Below are positions 25,601 through 40,500 of a stretch of 64,000 nt of DNA, piece by piece. The notes beneath the pieces are model-generated. The model did no database searches. It was given only the letters and a program-made list of their open reading frames with translations, and had not been told where the DNA came from. The position numbers and the translations under genes are program-made. How positions within the stretch are numbered: position 1 is the first letter of the stretch; each line of letters opens with the position of its first letter. This DNA is from Phallusia mammillata (Eukaryota): NCBI GenBank assembly GCA_965637545.1, contig OZ281494.1, positions 2,046,001-2,110,000 on the forward strand, in the 5' to 3' direction.

Positions 25601-28600
25601 GGCTGAAAGAAACTGCACAACATGCCACAAACTTTTACATCCCATCAGCACATGGCATCTTTTCACACGCCAGAAACCAAGGATGAAACCCCGGGGACCC
25701 CTGCTCCTTCTTGTCAACGCCCAAACGCAATATTGCTAAGTGACGAAATCAGACTTGCCAACATCTATACCAAGATCGAGCATAAATTTGTTTTCCCGCA
25801 ATCAGCCACAAACCGATGCAAGAGCATACCGTGACGACGATCTGTATACCTTATTTCCGCCCCAAGTTGGAGGCTAAATAGATTTTACTTGTGGGTTTTA
25901 TTGTTGAGGTTTGGTGGCTTAATATCTATCATGAATGGGATTGGCTATGGAATTGGGGGAAATGAAACGATTGATGTGTTTGGGTTGATATGTACTCTCA
26001 ATCCACAGCAGGACTATGGTTAAGGCAGCAAGTGTTTAGTTCTTTAGTCAAGTTACTTATCCCTGTCTGTGTCAATTGTTCAAAATTATTCAAAAAATTG
26101 TAAGAATAAAATATTTTACACATACACCACAAAAATGTTCAACAGCGACGTTCAAATAAAAATGTGAAGTATGTTGTAACCCAGCGAGGATTTTTCACTT
26201 GATTCAGCAAAAATTGGACCATGTCAAATCGCGGTTTGAGGGCAAGTCAACCAACCTTTTCACAATGTGCCATTCATAAAATTCTTGCCAAAACGACGAA
26301 CAACATTATAGAAAAGGTTACTACAAAGTCACTACATCCTGACCATCAGTTTCCGGCATATGCCCGACACATACATAAACCGATAAACAGTAACAGGTGA
26401 TGTTTCATTAATTATTTAAGGCACTGTGACGGTCTGCAACAAAAGATGCGTAGAAAATAGTAATTTGCGAGGAATAATTGAGCAGTCGTCGCAGAATTTG
26501 GTGGTGCCCTTTCGCATAAAAACGGTTGAAATCCTGTAAGCGGCTAATAACTGGTTTGAAATATCAAGAGTTGCGACTGCCATATGCTCCACACAACTGT
26601 TTCTTAATCATTCTGTCCCACATTTAAATTTGATTTTTAAAACAAAATAGGAAACCAAATACGAAACCTTGCAATTTAGTGAACAGATTGTGATACTTGA
26701 AACCATCAGTAGTACTGATTGAAAAGGTATTTCAACATATTGGTGAAATATTACATGGAGTTAAAATCACCCAATGCCGACCATAACAATTCTAAATCGT
26801 ACGTAACTATTGGTAGCATTGCAGCTTGGGGCACCGCATGTAAATGCAGCAAGAGCATGTTTGCACGAGAGTAGCACATATTAAGAATGTGAAGAGTTTC
26901 GGTTTTGTCACATTTAATTTGTCAAATTCAATCACTTTGAAACATGGTGACAAAGCGTTAAGTTGCTTTTTGAGACGCATTTGATCCGTTTCAGTTATTT
27001 CACCCACAAATCTCCAGCACTTGATCTGCTACAGCGGCCACTTCTCCAGTAAGACAGACGCCCCGTCATGCTCGGCTAAACACGGCCAATTGCTGATCTC
27101 TATCACGACGGGGGCCGAATAGATTAAAGCGCGCGGCCAGATTGCAAATCAAATTACCTGGCTCTGGTCCAAAACAACCGTGGTTTCCTGCGTAAGATTG
27201 CTCCTAATATCGCATTACAAGTACCACTTGTGCCCGACTGAGATGTTAGGCACAACAGAAGCTAAACGGCAGCGCTGTGATTATTAAATAGCAGTCATGC
27301 AGGCGCACAGGCTATGCCTTGTTTGTGAGCGCCGACGTGAATCCGTTCGGGAATCTCGACTGAAGGGTTTGGGTGAGTGGTGCTGGGTAACATAACCCAC
27401 GAGTGCTGAGACAACGAGGTTTGCTGTCAATCACGACTGACTGAGCGCTAGGCGGTTTGCCAACACGTGGCAGGTGTGACACAAAGCGGATTTACCGATT
27501 CACTGTGGGTTCGTGTAAACGTTTTGTCTTTAGAAGGATGTAGGAAAGCGAGCTTCCCGTTTTGACAACTCCAGATACACTACGCTGTGTTTGGAATTAG
27601 ATCAACGCCCACTACAAAGCAGAAATCCATAACACTTGTCAAAGAGCATTTCTCAAACCGAGTAAAGAAGTAGAAAACCAACATACTATTCAATACGGAA
27701 TAGGCAATTTGTAACATGTTCCCATGTTCTATGAAACACTTGTGCGACAAAGCCAACTTCTATTTAAAGTAGCCCCCGCCTATTAAACCTACTCATATTT
27801 TGAGGGTTTAAAACACTTGGGCTGTGCGTACTGTGTTATACTAATAAGGCGTGCGAAGAAACATGTAAAAAAGCAAAGAAATAGTTTAAAAATCTTCAGG
27901 AAGGCCATAACTCGATATTTCATTTGTGTCAATATGTTAAACAAACAAATCTTTCAAATTAAAACCTCAAGCCATGCAGTTTAAGATAAAGCGTTTTTAA
28001 ACGTTGCAAATATGCTGTACACATGCCAAGGTAGGTTGGGGATAGGTAGGGAAAACTTGCGGGCGTTATCAACTCTACATGACCTAGAAGGCGTCACACT
28101 GATTCCACACCGACCGCGATATCACAGAAAAATGCGTCACCAACTTCAATGACGCCCAACAACAAAACATCCCAAACGGCAACGCAACAATCTTAGTCTC
28201 GGTGCTTCGACGCACGAATCCAAGCACACCAAGACCACGAGCGAAGGGAAATAACAGTGGAGATTTTCCTGTTTCCAAGGCCAGTTTCCGCTCTTGGTGA
28301 CTGTGCCGTCGATAAAAATAGGCCAGCTCATGTCACCAGTCATTGCTGCTGGCGGAGAAATGCAGGGAAGAGCAAAAATTCTGACGTTGAAAATGTTTCC
28401 AGTTCGATTTAACCTCATGTTCATCACAATATTACTTCGTTTCAAACATTTACTTGCACAATGGACCTCAGTTTACTTTATACTTTTTAGTATAATTTAA
28501 TGTAATGAAAAGCGAAACACAGAAACTTTTAATAAACCTATGTTTTGACATTGTATAACATTTGCTGTGGAACATTATGGTGAGGTAATATAGTTTCAGG

Positions 28601-30525
28601 TTAAGTCTCTTTGACATGTAATAATAAACATTGAAAACAAACTTTAAAACTAACCTTTACTATTTTCAAATCCTGTTAAAAAAATCTTTCCTATCTGACA
28701 AACACTGAAAAACTTAAAATGATATCTTGACTTTTTGAGTCACTCAAGTCTGTACACAGGATGTTTATTTTCACTTGAGTGAGTGCATAGGTTTAAATCA
28801 TGATCCACAAGCTAAATCTGACTAAAACAACAAATGAAAATGAAACCGGGTGTAACCCACAAGCTTCCTAGCTTTGTGAAAACCTTTGGGTAAAGACTCC
28901 TATGATGATCCAACTGTATTATTGTAAGGTGAGACAGTGATTTATTGGACTTCTGGGCATTTTAACTTGAAACTCAGCAAAGGTGGAATTCGTTTTAAGA
29001 CTTGCTTCAAATTGTCATTTTCAATCAGAAAGTCTTGAAATACTGTACTACAAATTCTACTTCTGTTGTCAAAAAATAAATAAATAAGAGGTATGGAAAA
29101 TGAAATACTAAACAAAAGCCCACTTAGTAATTTGTTCCAATATGACACAGTGTATCAAATCATTTTAGCTGACACATTTATATGTCCTGTCATATATACA
29201 GACTAAGCAGGGTTTGTGTTTTCAGTAGACATGTAGTCATTATTTTGACATCACTGACTAGACAGTAGAATAAACAACACAAACCAACCTGAATGGCCAG
29301 AGCTTTTTTCTCCATGTAGTGGTAGGGATAGTTGGACAATGTTGAGTTGTATCCCGTTTCATTCAACATATTTCGCCATGTTACAAGTTTGTCAGCAAGT
29401 TCAGTCCCTCTGACCTCAAAGCCCTGTGGACAAGCAGAGCTGACATTACAGTGGCAATAATATATTTAACACCAAATTAAGAAGCTAAATTTTTATAAAT
29501 TTAAAATTGATTTCTGAAATATTGAATAAAATTACACATTATTTCCAAACAAAAAGCAAAAAAAAAACATTTTCTAACACTGCTGAAACATCATCCAAAA
29601 AACATAAACAACAACATGACAAGTGCTGTTGTAGCGCTTGAAAGAATTGAGATTGAGATAAATGACTGCGGTATGAAAAGCTTCTGAAACTGTCAAGCTT
29701 TTGAAATTAAAGCTGCATTATACCATGGGTGGCCAGTAAACCAAACCTAAATAAATTCCTCTGAAAAACACACACCAAAGATCCAGCATAGTAAACACAA
29801 CACTAAAGTTTAAAATAATTTTAAAATTGGCTATTATGGTCTAAAAAGTAGTCTCTCATGTCAGTGTTTTTACCCCACATTTTGTGGTTATGTGCCAACA
29901 GCATTAATATGCAGCGGTTTTACCTTTGAGGGGTCACTGAAATCAGGATAGTCTGTAAAAACAACTCCAACAACAGACAGAACAAGTGAAAGCATGAAGC
30001 AAAGTATTAAAACCAGAAGAGGGTGTTCGGACAAGAGCCAAAAGTACCTAAAATGCAAAAATATATTATATATATGAATTATTTACATACATATAGTATC
30101 ATATTTCAGCTATAGTTTTAAGTGGCACTTTATAGCATACAAATACTGTAGCATACATACAGCATGTCTAAGATATAAGACACAAATATACAAACTTTAG
30201 TATGTTGTAAAGGCAAATTTTTAGTGACCCATCAGTTGTTTACTGTTTATAAACTTCAAAAGTGACTATAATGCTAGTTACATTATGTGTTTTAGATAAG
30301 TAATTGACACACACACAGAAAAGCAATTGCCGCATGCAAAAAATACCACAGAGAACATAACTTGTGTTACTTAAAAGATGGACATAAAACTAAATGTCAG
30401 TGACATATTTCATACCATCCTATATTGTGTTGTTCCTTTTCACGAAGTTGTCTCCTTTTTTCAATTCCCTTCAATAATTCCTCAGAAGTGCCTTCAGATG
30501 ATGTGCTGGCACTTACATGGGACAT
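10643..30525 (-). CDS. DISP: Protein dispatched homolog (RND/Patched-family Hedgehog exporter), about 1083 aa
   Basis: Coding exons in transcript order: 30525-30416, 30047-29924, 29423-29289, 15967-15829, 13517-11648, 11516-10643 (3252 nt, frame-consistent, all GT-AG). Hallmarks: TM1 then YPDFSDPSK|GFEVRGTELADKLVTW, WDFQSNGYFCENPD, CCPTLSLPNY, SSD with FPFLN, [40 protein letters not shown]. The true start could lie further upstream because the frame is open to the acceptor at 30546. Confidence 0.93.
15480..15710. mobile_element. hAT/Charlie-type MITE, 231 bp, in Dispatched intron 4
   Basis: TIR CAGTGGTCGGCAACC / reverse complement CAGGGGCGACAACC. Flanks CACTAATG / CACTAACT (6/8). Roughly 90% similar by eye to the copy at 41402-41636. 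Confidence 0.88.
21100..21550 (+). mobile_element. Possible degraded non-LTR retrotransposon (L1/Tx1-like ORF2 C-terminal) fragment
   Basis: Broken frames give SIYRML..., RDLLYRLI and KDTISHMFWC, which resemble the K.IY..L / R.FQYKLL / ETIEHLFWEC motifs of L1/Tx1 C-termini. This is pattern recognition only. Confidence 0.35.
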
Positions 30526-32596
30526 TCTGTACAACTCGAATGAACCTAAACTTCAGGTTTCAAAAGTTCCACTTCAAAACTTCACACTTCTTGTGGAACA
30601 ACTTTAGGATTGGAAGTCAACATTTTCCAATATTTAAACTTTTAAGCAAAGAACACTTTTGTTATGATTTCCAACAGAACATTATAGAAAACCTAAACAT
30701 AGAAAATATATTACAAATATCATGCTGGTTTTTAAAAAACTTTTGAAGTATAACAACTAAAACAAACGTATAGGTTTCCATTGGTTAAAGCTGAGTTTTA
30801 AAAAACCACTGGAAATAGATTCCAATGCCTCTTTGTTTGCAGTATATGTCTAAAGTAAACAATGGGTTACTTCCCTTCACTATCTATAGTAAAGAAAACA
30901 TACAGAAAAAATAGATACGGATTGGCACAAGGTTTGGTGCCTTCTTCTTTATTACAAGCACAGCTGCGCTTGAAAACACAATCATGTAATTAATGAGCTT
31001 ACAAAAATCACAAAGTTTCAAAACTTTCCTAACCTTCTGCACAGAGCTGACAAAACGTATGGAGTTTGGGCATCAAAACATGACCCCGCTGGCCCGCTAT
31101 TCCATCACAATTAACTCTGGCGCCACGCACATGCAAACCAAGTGCTTTTCTGTCCAATCACTGACCAACTGTGCCATCTGAAATGTTACCCCACTCTCGG
31201 CCTTTTCCCTGCCCGCTAATCTAATAGCGGTCGCCTCGTTGGCCTCTCCGTCAGCACACAAACCGCCCACGTTTAACTGAAATAGAGTCAGCCTCTTTGT
31301 CGAGCCTGTCAACCGGGTCTGCCCGGAAAATCAGTGAGGAACTGCGGCCCTTCAGTGACTGATGTCGGAGTGATGCCCTCTCGGTCGCGAGCTCGAGACG
31401 CCAGCGGCAAAGATAGGTCGATTAGTAGTTGTGCGTCAAAAGGCCATTGAAGCGTGCGCGCTTTTTTTCGGTTGACTGCGTTTCGACAAACTAGCGCGAA
31501 AAAGGCGAGGGAAGTTAATAGGATCACGGCGCTCGGATTTGAGGTGGCAAAAAACGGCGTAACTGTGGCAGAATCCTAATCTTGTTTGCCTTCAACCAAG
31601 TGTGGACATCAATCGGCTAAGTGACGTGCCTATGGTGCATGTCCAGGTAACTTTGAATAACCGCTGGACTTTTCCAAACCATGTTAAAAACCTGATTTTT
31701 TTAACACTTCCCCAAACTTCCAACACGTTAGACATGATTTTCACATTATTTATGAAGTAATTATTTAATCACTGCCGGCTTTGTTTATTAAAGAACAGGT
31801 GCGGTACATTCCTTGGCATCAGTTTCTTTAAATTATATCTTTTCAATAAAAACCCATTATTTTAGCCATTTTAGATCTAAGGAAAACATCAATTTTGAAT
31901 GTTGAATGGTCATAATTATGGCAAAACAAGCCTAAATTGTGTAGCCTTGCTTTTTATGATTAAAGTAAGCTATGCTTTTAGAAGATAAACAGTTGTTTAT
32001 CTGATATTGAATAACAGATAAATGGATAGTAAAAAACCCGTATTACTATTTAGCATAAGATTATTATTGGAAACATAAATGACTTACTCAATTACAGTTC
32101 GGGCATTAACAAATGGAACATAAAAAAGTATGTTGTGTTTTGTTTGCAAATCAAAACTATTTCAAACATTTGGGCCATTTCAAAACTAAATACACACTTA
32201 GACAAATCACTTTTGTTCGTGTGCGACCGTACATTCACACAAGATCAAAGATCAACATTGCAAATGTTCAGTTCAAAAACTGCAACAAATTTCAAAAACA
32301 GATTTGTAATAATTTTAATTGTTGTTAAATTGTAAAAGATGTAGCAACTTTGAACAGCTACATTATCTTACAAATATCTTCTATTTTTGATGTTATTTTA
32401 GACCAATTTTGAAACCTAGCAAAAAGCATATCACCCGTACTCTTGTTATTAAACATGTTGTGTTACAACTGAGATCAAAGTACTGCATTATGGAATTACA
32501 ATATCACAGACATAATGCAACAAAATAGCGAAGGGTGACTGATTGAGCACAGCAAAACTAATTAAATACGGACATCTGTCACTTTGTGACAACACA

Positions 32597-35500
32597 TCAA
32601 ATAATTTGTGTAACAGTATGTAATCCAAGATAGGCCAAAATAAACCAAGGAGCTCGATGAAGGGAATGGGAACTGAATACAACCATTAGAACCATAATAG
32701 GAAATTTAAACCACGATAATAATCTGAGCTTGGAAGTTTTGATCCCATCATAACCAGGGAACATGGATTGAATAATGAACAGCAGGGATGCAATTGTGGC
32801 TTGAAGGATCAGTGGATCTCTCGGCAACTTCATCTCAGCTCTGAACAAAAAACACAATATTTTAAGTCAGTGAAGTTGTACAGTAGCAACAAATGAACAC
32901 AGCCAGAACTGTGAGCCAAAATTAAATCGAAACAAATTTAACATAAAAAGAATATTTGGCATTGTGTTTTGCATTAAAATATTTTAATGTTCTATTTAAC
33001 ATTGCCATTATCAGGGTTCATAACCATTCAATGCAGGCAGTAAAGATAAATGAAGTTAATTCCACAAGCAATTCTTTTTTATGTGATTAGACAGACAATT
33101 TTGTAAAGTGATGGGCCAAAGTTTTACAATCCCGATGCATTTAAATAAGCAAAAAAGTGTCATTATACCTTTTCACAGACATTTATTGCAAATTAATTAG
33201 TTTTTTCATAACCTGAAGTTGATAATCAGGACACCCAGGGAAGGCAATGAAAAGAGAAAGAGCCACAACCACAAATGAAGGAGGATGCAGTTAACAGAGA
33301 AGCAGTCTTCTTCGGGGCTAGTACGATCAGGTTCATTTGTGATTGGTCTTTCTTTCTTGGATTCTTCCACTTTTGAACCATCAACGTCAGATTGTTTGTC
33401 ACCAGTTGCACCAGTTGGTTCAGCATTGCCTTCTGATCCATCTTGTGGTTCTCCATCTTTAACTTCTAGATCAGACGGCTGTGCTTCATCAGACTGTTTT
33501 TCAGGCAAGGGGGGTTTCTTTGCTGGATTAAGCAGAGCAGTTTTTTTCAGGAAGCAAACATTCAGGAAAGATGCAATAAACATGTACAGGAAAGCAAATG
33601 AGCTGCACTTACTTGTGCACACTGCCAGCACCAGTGAATGCAAAATGAATTTAACCATGGATGAATCTTTAAGACTACCAACATATGGCAGCTTGTATAA
33701 TCTAAACAAAATTGGGCTAACTAGTAGCATTACTAAGGTGAGTATGACTCTTATTACAGCAAAAAGCTCAGTTGCAAAAAGAAATAAAAATAGTGGAGCA
33801 AAGTTAAACCACTGTTGGTTGTCCTGCTCCAGTATAATCATATCAGGTCTTGGTAACATTGACACAGCCCAAATGGCGGCAAATGTGGGCTTAAAATAAA
33901 CAGCCTTCAACATGCTCATAAAGGGTTGAACTTTGTACGGCTTTGAAGTAACTTCTACAGCATCAATGATTGCATAGCATGGTTTTCCTGCTTGCACCTG
34001 GTTAAGTTGAAACATGAAGGTTTGTACAACATTGGCTAGCACATATACAGGCAAAGAGACTCCCAAGTTGCGGATAATACCTCCAAGCACCTGAAAAAAA
34101 TCAACCTTTACTTCAAGACTAAGCGGATCAGAAGAATCTGAATAAACATGCAAAACAACTGATTGATTCATGTTCATTGGGATGCTGTGTAATGAGGCAA
34201 CTACACTGTTTTCAGCATAAATGGTTTGACCGTCATCCCAAGGGACCTGCACTCTTAAGTGCTGTGTCTCAAAACTGCCATGAACTGTAAGCTTAAATGC
34301 CTGGTAGATATTCTGGAAACCATCTAGCTTGATTTGATAGTAAAATCTTGAGGCCGAGGTGTCATCGGTTATGTCAAAAAGGTAACCTTTGTTCCAAGTC
34401 CACAGGTTCGAGAATACATGTGGGACTGGTACTGTGGTAATTTTCTCAAGATCTGAGAGGCTGTTAACATCAAGAACTTTGGTGGGTGAAGATTTTGTCA
34501 TTGGATAAATGATTTGTGTAAAACCCTGCTCCTTAAGCTCAACAAGGTCTAAGTGTATGATTCTATATTTAGGTGTAGAGAATGCTTGGCCCGATAGATC
34601 AAAACCCTCTGTGCACTTTGATCCTTTATCCATTTTACAGGCAATTATCCATTTTTCTCGCTTTGAATCAGTGCGACTAACAAAGTTAGGTGAATTGGTT
34701 TCAACAAGCTTGTCGATAGAAAAAGTAAAATATGTTCCCTGCCCAGCAGCATCCTTGTCAAATGACCAAAAGTATTCATCCACTTCTGACCAGTGGTAAG
34801 TTGGTGAAAGTCGAACTTTACGAGGTGAATCACTTTTAGGGATTACTCCTGAACCCGGATTTTGCCTAAAATGGTAATTCATCAGTCTTGTTCTCTTAGT
34901 AACATCACTAGTAAGTTGTTTGGTATCGGTTGAAAGCATGTCTACCAGGAATCTTGCAGTAACCAATACAAGCTGATTACACCACACTATGGTTTGATGT
35001 TCGGTGGATACATGGACTTTTGGTACTGCAGTAGCCAATGTAGAGTAAGTATTTTTGCTGCTATTCAACGGCAATCTTGTTATAGCCTGTGGTACCTGGT
35101 AATCTCTTGGACCACCACCAATGGAAACAATCGAAACATCCTTTAGCCCTGCAGCATGCACAAGCCAATAGCAGTTGACCTTTTCATAGTACTCAGCAAT
35201 ATACTTGTCTACATTTATTACCGGTGATAGATTTGGGGTTGCTAGCATAATAATTGTGCTTATGGATCTAGGGTCAAAGTGAGGTAATGTAAATACGCCC
35301 CTTGCTATGATTCCGCCCATCGAATGGGCTACAACAGCAACCGATCTTGGCCTTGGATCAGCTGTATAAAGTGAGAGGATCTTTTGGATGCAAAAATGTA
35401 AAAAGTGGGTTTGTGCTTCAAGTGTTCCTCCATAAAATCCAACCAGTTCTCCATTCAAGTCAACAGTGAAGACGTTAAAATGATTTACACCTGGTTTGTG

Positions 35501-36443
35501 TATATTCTTCCATAGCAGGACAGAACCAATTGAGCGAGCCTATGAAAATATATTGACTTTTAGTCATAGATAATGACAGTGGTGGGTTTCAGATTTTTTG
35601 TCAGTCAGTTTTATCACAAAAGTCATATTGCAAAAAAGTCCATTGACAGTAACCAGTTTGCTGATGGTTCTATTATTCTATAGAACAAGCTGAATCCAAC
35701 CACTGGATATTGACTTCAGTTTTATTGGCAATTATGAGTATTTTTCAAAAATTTATTCTATACCTGTTTGTAACTACCTCCATGACCTGGGATGTAAAGT
35801 ACAGGAACCCCATGTAACTGCAAGTTTTTCACACGTTCAAAATATTGACCTTCTCCATACAAATAAAGATTGTATTTGGAAAATGCAGATTCGATATTTG
35901 GATCAAGTGGAACCTGGGTAATATAAAACTTTCATTTCAACCAAAAATACTATAGATTAAGTGTTTACAAATTTAACATCAGAAACAATATATTTTGCTG
36001 TGCAAGCATCAAAGTTGTTTGAAAAATGAAATTTAAATAAATTATAAAAAAGACAATCCACCACACTGCTAATATTTTTTAGAAAACAAAGTTTGAATGA
36101 ATACAAATCGTTGTAAAGCCACAAATGTCTAATCAAAACACCACCAGTTTATTTTTCTGTTGCATCTCGAATAATGCAAACTCTTTATAAAGCGTTTGGT
36201 TTAATTTGAAACAAATTAACTTAATACAGCAACTATGCGGAGATGGCATCAGTAGTAATAGCATAACGGCATTGTATAAACATACTTCAAACCCAAGTTT
36301 ACCTTGGCATATTGTGGATATTCATACATGTATGTCATTACACATTTATCTTCTTCAGTGTCGAATCGAACTGTGTAAATTCCGATGCAGAGAAACAGCA
36401 AGATCAGTGAGTGAAAAAACTTTTGGCCGCCTGAAACCGCCAT
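32597..36443 (-). CDS. PGAP1: GPI inositol-deacylase, about 953 aa
   Basis: Exons 36443-36303, 35913-35764, 35539-33213, 32840-32597 (2862 nt, GT-AG). N-terminal TM then EEDKCVMTYMYEYPQY, YLYGEG, GVPVLYIPGHGGSYKQ, catalytic AHSMGG, ATPNLSPV, HQTIVWCNQLV and multiple C-terminal TMs. Confidence 0.95.
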
Positions 36444-37559
36444 TACCTTTGTATTTTCCTACAACTGCAAGTTTCATAAAAAAAAATTTAAACTTTCGAA
36501 ATATGCTTGAACAAAATGCTGTTTCATGTTACATACTTTAAACAGCACTTTACGGGCACAGCCTTTCCTCTTTACATGTGGTTTGAAATCCATTAAAGCT
36601 GAAATGTCTTGAAAATGAGTATTTTATGAAAGCAGTTACATCAAACAGTACAATTAGTTTGTTTTCGAGTCGCTTTATTCTTTTTTTTAAATGATTTCGC
36701 ATGCTCGTATTTCTATAGAATTCGTTAAATTATGACCCACCCGGCGTTGCAACGTGGTAAATCCCCCAAGGTATTATCAAAGAACATTAAAGAGTTTTTT
36801 CGGTATTATTTGATGAATTTGATTTGGAATAAATCACTTCTAAGCAAGCAGAAGTCAGAGCATCATTGCATTTCCCAAAAATGGACATTAACACAAAACT
36901 TACATGACCGGATGACGAACCTCGCAGCGAATAAACTCTAATTTGAAGTCAAGATGGTTTTTGTAGCGAAAACCGATCAAAATGTTTCGTTTTATTGAGC
37001 TAAAATCTTTTGCGATTAATTTCTATTGTATTAGCATGTACAAAAATCCGCATGCAACAACACAGCTGTTAATAGAACAACTCGCGCCTCGCAGCCCCAT
37101 CAATTTGAAATTATTTCGCCTATTATTGATAAAGTTATCCCTACACTGCAGGAATCACTGTGAAATTGGTGACAATGCAGACACAAACCGATTGGAAGTT
37201 AATGGGAGATGTACAAAATATTTAAATTAATCTGAGATAAATAAGTCTGACGTATCAGAGTACACAACACTGAATACGCAACATTGTCCCGATGTAACGT
37301 ATACAAATAGGTCAAAATCTTCACACGAGTATGAGAACCAATAAAGAGATCACGTTACGTTCAGGTGTTTTACGTTATCTTCGACAATAAACAAAAAAGT
37401 GTGCGGGGACGCGTGGCTCCCATTGTCATTATGACCCATAGCTCGTATTCATAGTTGCCGTTGATAAGGAACCATTTCCATCATTTATTGCGGAGCAGGC
37501 ACTTAATCGTAACAGAGTGAAATATTGAAGATCGCAAGATTCGAAAACAATTGTCAACC

Positions 37560-40500
37560 ATGGCATGCGATCAACCAAGTCAACCCGATGTAAGTATTTT
37601 AGATTTAAAGCACCCACCAAAACGACGTGATTTTAAAGTTAGCCTACTTGCATATATGACTTTTGCATCCTTATAAAGCGGGTTAAAGAACGAGCTGTCA
37701 CTGTGACAGCGTTTTTACAAAACAGCTCAAAAAGAAGAAAATATTTAAAAGCTAATTTTTAAGTTCTATTGTCCATGTACGTTTTATTCTAATGGTTATA
37801 CAAACACTCAAACCTCGTTGGAAATCTGAGTTGTGAATCTTGCGATATTTTGCAATGTTTGGTGTTATAATCAGAATCCTAGTAAATTGATTTTGAGAAT
37901 CATTCTTTACTCTGTTACAATTCCTGTAACAATTTCATGTCATACAAGTTTGGAGAAGTTGGTTTCAAGGGTAAAATCAGTCATAGCTATCGTATAACAA
38001 ATATACAAATATAACAAAAGTCATAGCTATAAAATTAACGAAAAGCCTAATTGCGGACAAACCTGACAAAAAAATGATTAATTTTCAGTTGCGTGAATTT
38101 GATGCTGATGATATTCTGTGTGACCCAAACACAAAGTCAAGTATTGTGGGTTCTGGAACTTTCGGAGTGGTTCTTGTGGGAAAACACAATAAGCTCAACA
38201 AAGTCGCTGTTAAAGTCATGGAATGCAAGGGCGGAGTGCTAACCAAAAATCGGATGAAAAATGAGTGAGCTGCACGTGTAGATTGGTTGTAAAAACAAAT
38301 ATTTTGCAACACGCAATGGTATACCAGTTATATACTTACTATAGTTAACGTTTAAAGATTTGTTTTAAAAATGTATAGAAAGAAAAGTACCGATTCGATT
38401 TACTGTTGCACAAAAAAGCGAATCACGTGATCAAAAGTATTGTGCTCATTGTGTGATAAAACAAAGCGGGTTGTAAAAGACGCGTCGTTTTTGTTGTGAA
38501 TAGTAACTGTGACGCTAACGTTTTATTGGCCAAAGGTTTACTGTCGAAGTATTGTCTTTCACTTTTCTATGTTAACTTTAGCTTTAAAAAGTGCAACTTG
38601 GATTTTATTTTTGTTTGCAGTGTCATGAAAGAGCTTAAAAAGTTGCAGGCCGCCCAAACTGAAAACGTAGTGAAGACATATGGATGGTTGACGCTGCCGT
38701 GTGGCATGGGAATTGTCATGCATTATTATGAAGGTGGTAACCTCAGAGATTTCCTTCTTAATGACAAAATCACTAAAGGAATTCCACTCCGTCTTTGTCA
38801 GTTGATAGAAACAGCAGAGGGAATAGCTTTCATTCACAACTTGCCTGGTCACAAATTAATACATAGCGATATTAAACCCGACAATATCATGCTTACAAGA
38901 GATCTTCATGCTAAACTTGCTGATTTCGGTAGCTCCCAGCTGGCTGCTGCAACTGGATCAACCACTTTAGAAGTCCAAAACGCAGAAGAAGATATTCAAT
39001 TTACAGCTGTTTACACCGCTCCAGAAAAACTTGAAAACATTACTATGAAACCCAAAAGAGATCATGACGTGTATGGGTTTGGCTTAGTTATCCATATGTC
39101 TCTTACTTGCAAAGCGCCTTATCCGCCAACTCATGCAATCGCTTTGTTTCATGCAATCACTCAGGGCCAGCGACCAGCTTGTGATGCGATTGATGGTTTA
39201 AAAGCAAGTCTCGACAACAACAACGACAAAGAAGCAGCCGAAGTGATGGAAAAAGAAATGAAAAGATGCTGGGATCACAAACCCACCAATCGCCCAGCTA
39301 TAACTGAAGTTAGAGACAAATTTCAAACGGTACTTGACAAGAAAAACCCAGTAGCAGTCCTGGAACAAGTAATAGGCGCTGTGAAGCAGATGCATTTACC
39401 AGAAGCCCCTGTCAATCAAGATACGCTCGTCCCGCTTTGTCACTTTTCACCACGTACACGAACATTTTTGACGCCTCAAGGTAATAACAATAGGTTTAAA
39501 TTTAAGAAAACTCTACAAAAGTGCGTGGGTCGAATCCCACCGCAGATAAAATGTGTTGAAATATACTTTAGGTTTATGAGGAACAACTTCCCTAATAGTA
39601 AAAAGCTCCAATGTCCTGTGACTGATTCTTAATGAGGTAATCTGGTACGTTACATTTAACACTGGTATCTGTGTATCGCAGTATGGAGCAGGCCAGAAAA
39701 CAAAATCGAACCTTCCAGTGCTGAACCTGACCCCACGCCGAGTTCACGGGCGCCACAAGTTCAAATGGAATATGACGACACACCACTACATCAACTAAGT
39801 AATTTGGATTTGCATTAAGATTAAAATCCCACTGCTTGCGAAATTGGCAAATCTGCTTTTAAATCCCAGTGGTAATAAGAAACCGTACCGAGCAGTTGGT
39901 TTTGATCACGTGTTTGTCTCACCGAAACTATTTGGGGATTTCCATGTCGCTTTACCGCCACCACACGACAAAACAGTAAACTAAATCTGCCAGTAGCGCT
40001 CATCGCATGTCATAAATCGAACTTTTTTGCTCTATTTCATCATACAGCAATGTTTTTGCTAGCAGCGGGTATTTTAATAAGAGTTTGATACAAATGTTTT
40101 TGACTGGGCCCTTTTTCACGATTCTGCTTGTTTTATTTACTTATTTATGTTTATATGTTCATGTACATTTCAGTTAAAAGCAACGAAACCCGTCGGTTGA
40201 TTCAGAGTTACTCAGATTCTGTGAAACGGGGAAAATATGATGAAGCAAATTCAATAAAACGGCAACTTTCAAGGTTAATTGAAGATCAAGTCAAACCCTC
40301 AGCAGATGAATTGAAAACTTTTGCTGTAAACCTACGAAAAGCGAAGAAATATTGCGAGTCGATCCTGTTCTGCCATATTGCATCAGATTTTTATGCAAAG
40401 CAACAAAGTCCCGACGACGCCGCGAAAGGTGTGGAGGACTGCGCGTGGGAACTGAAAAATACAAAGGAATCAATGGCAGATAATCATGTCACAAACAACA

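Noticed and set aside
31080-31600. GC-rich block as a solo LTR or coding exon
   Set aside because: No TG...CA ends with matching TSD, and the short ORFs show no recognisable homology or phase match to Dispatched. More likely promoter or 5' UTR, but unproven.
10643-36443. Functional operon of PGAP1 and Dispatched (both handle lipid-anchored proteins)
   Set aside because: About 2 kb apart with a GC-rich promoter-like block between them; there is no sequence evidence for co-regulation.
39523-39544. tRNA-Leu-like T-arm (GCGTGGGTCGAATCCCACCGC)
   Set aside because: No A-box, D-arm or anticodon arm upstream; at most a SINE or tRNA remnant.
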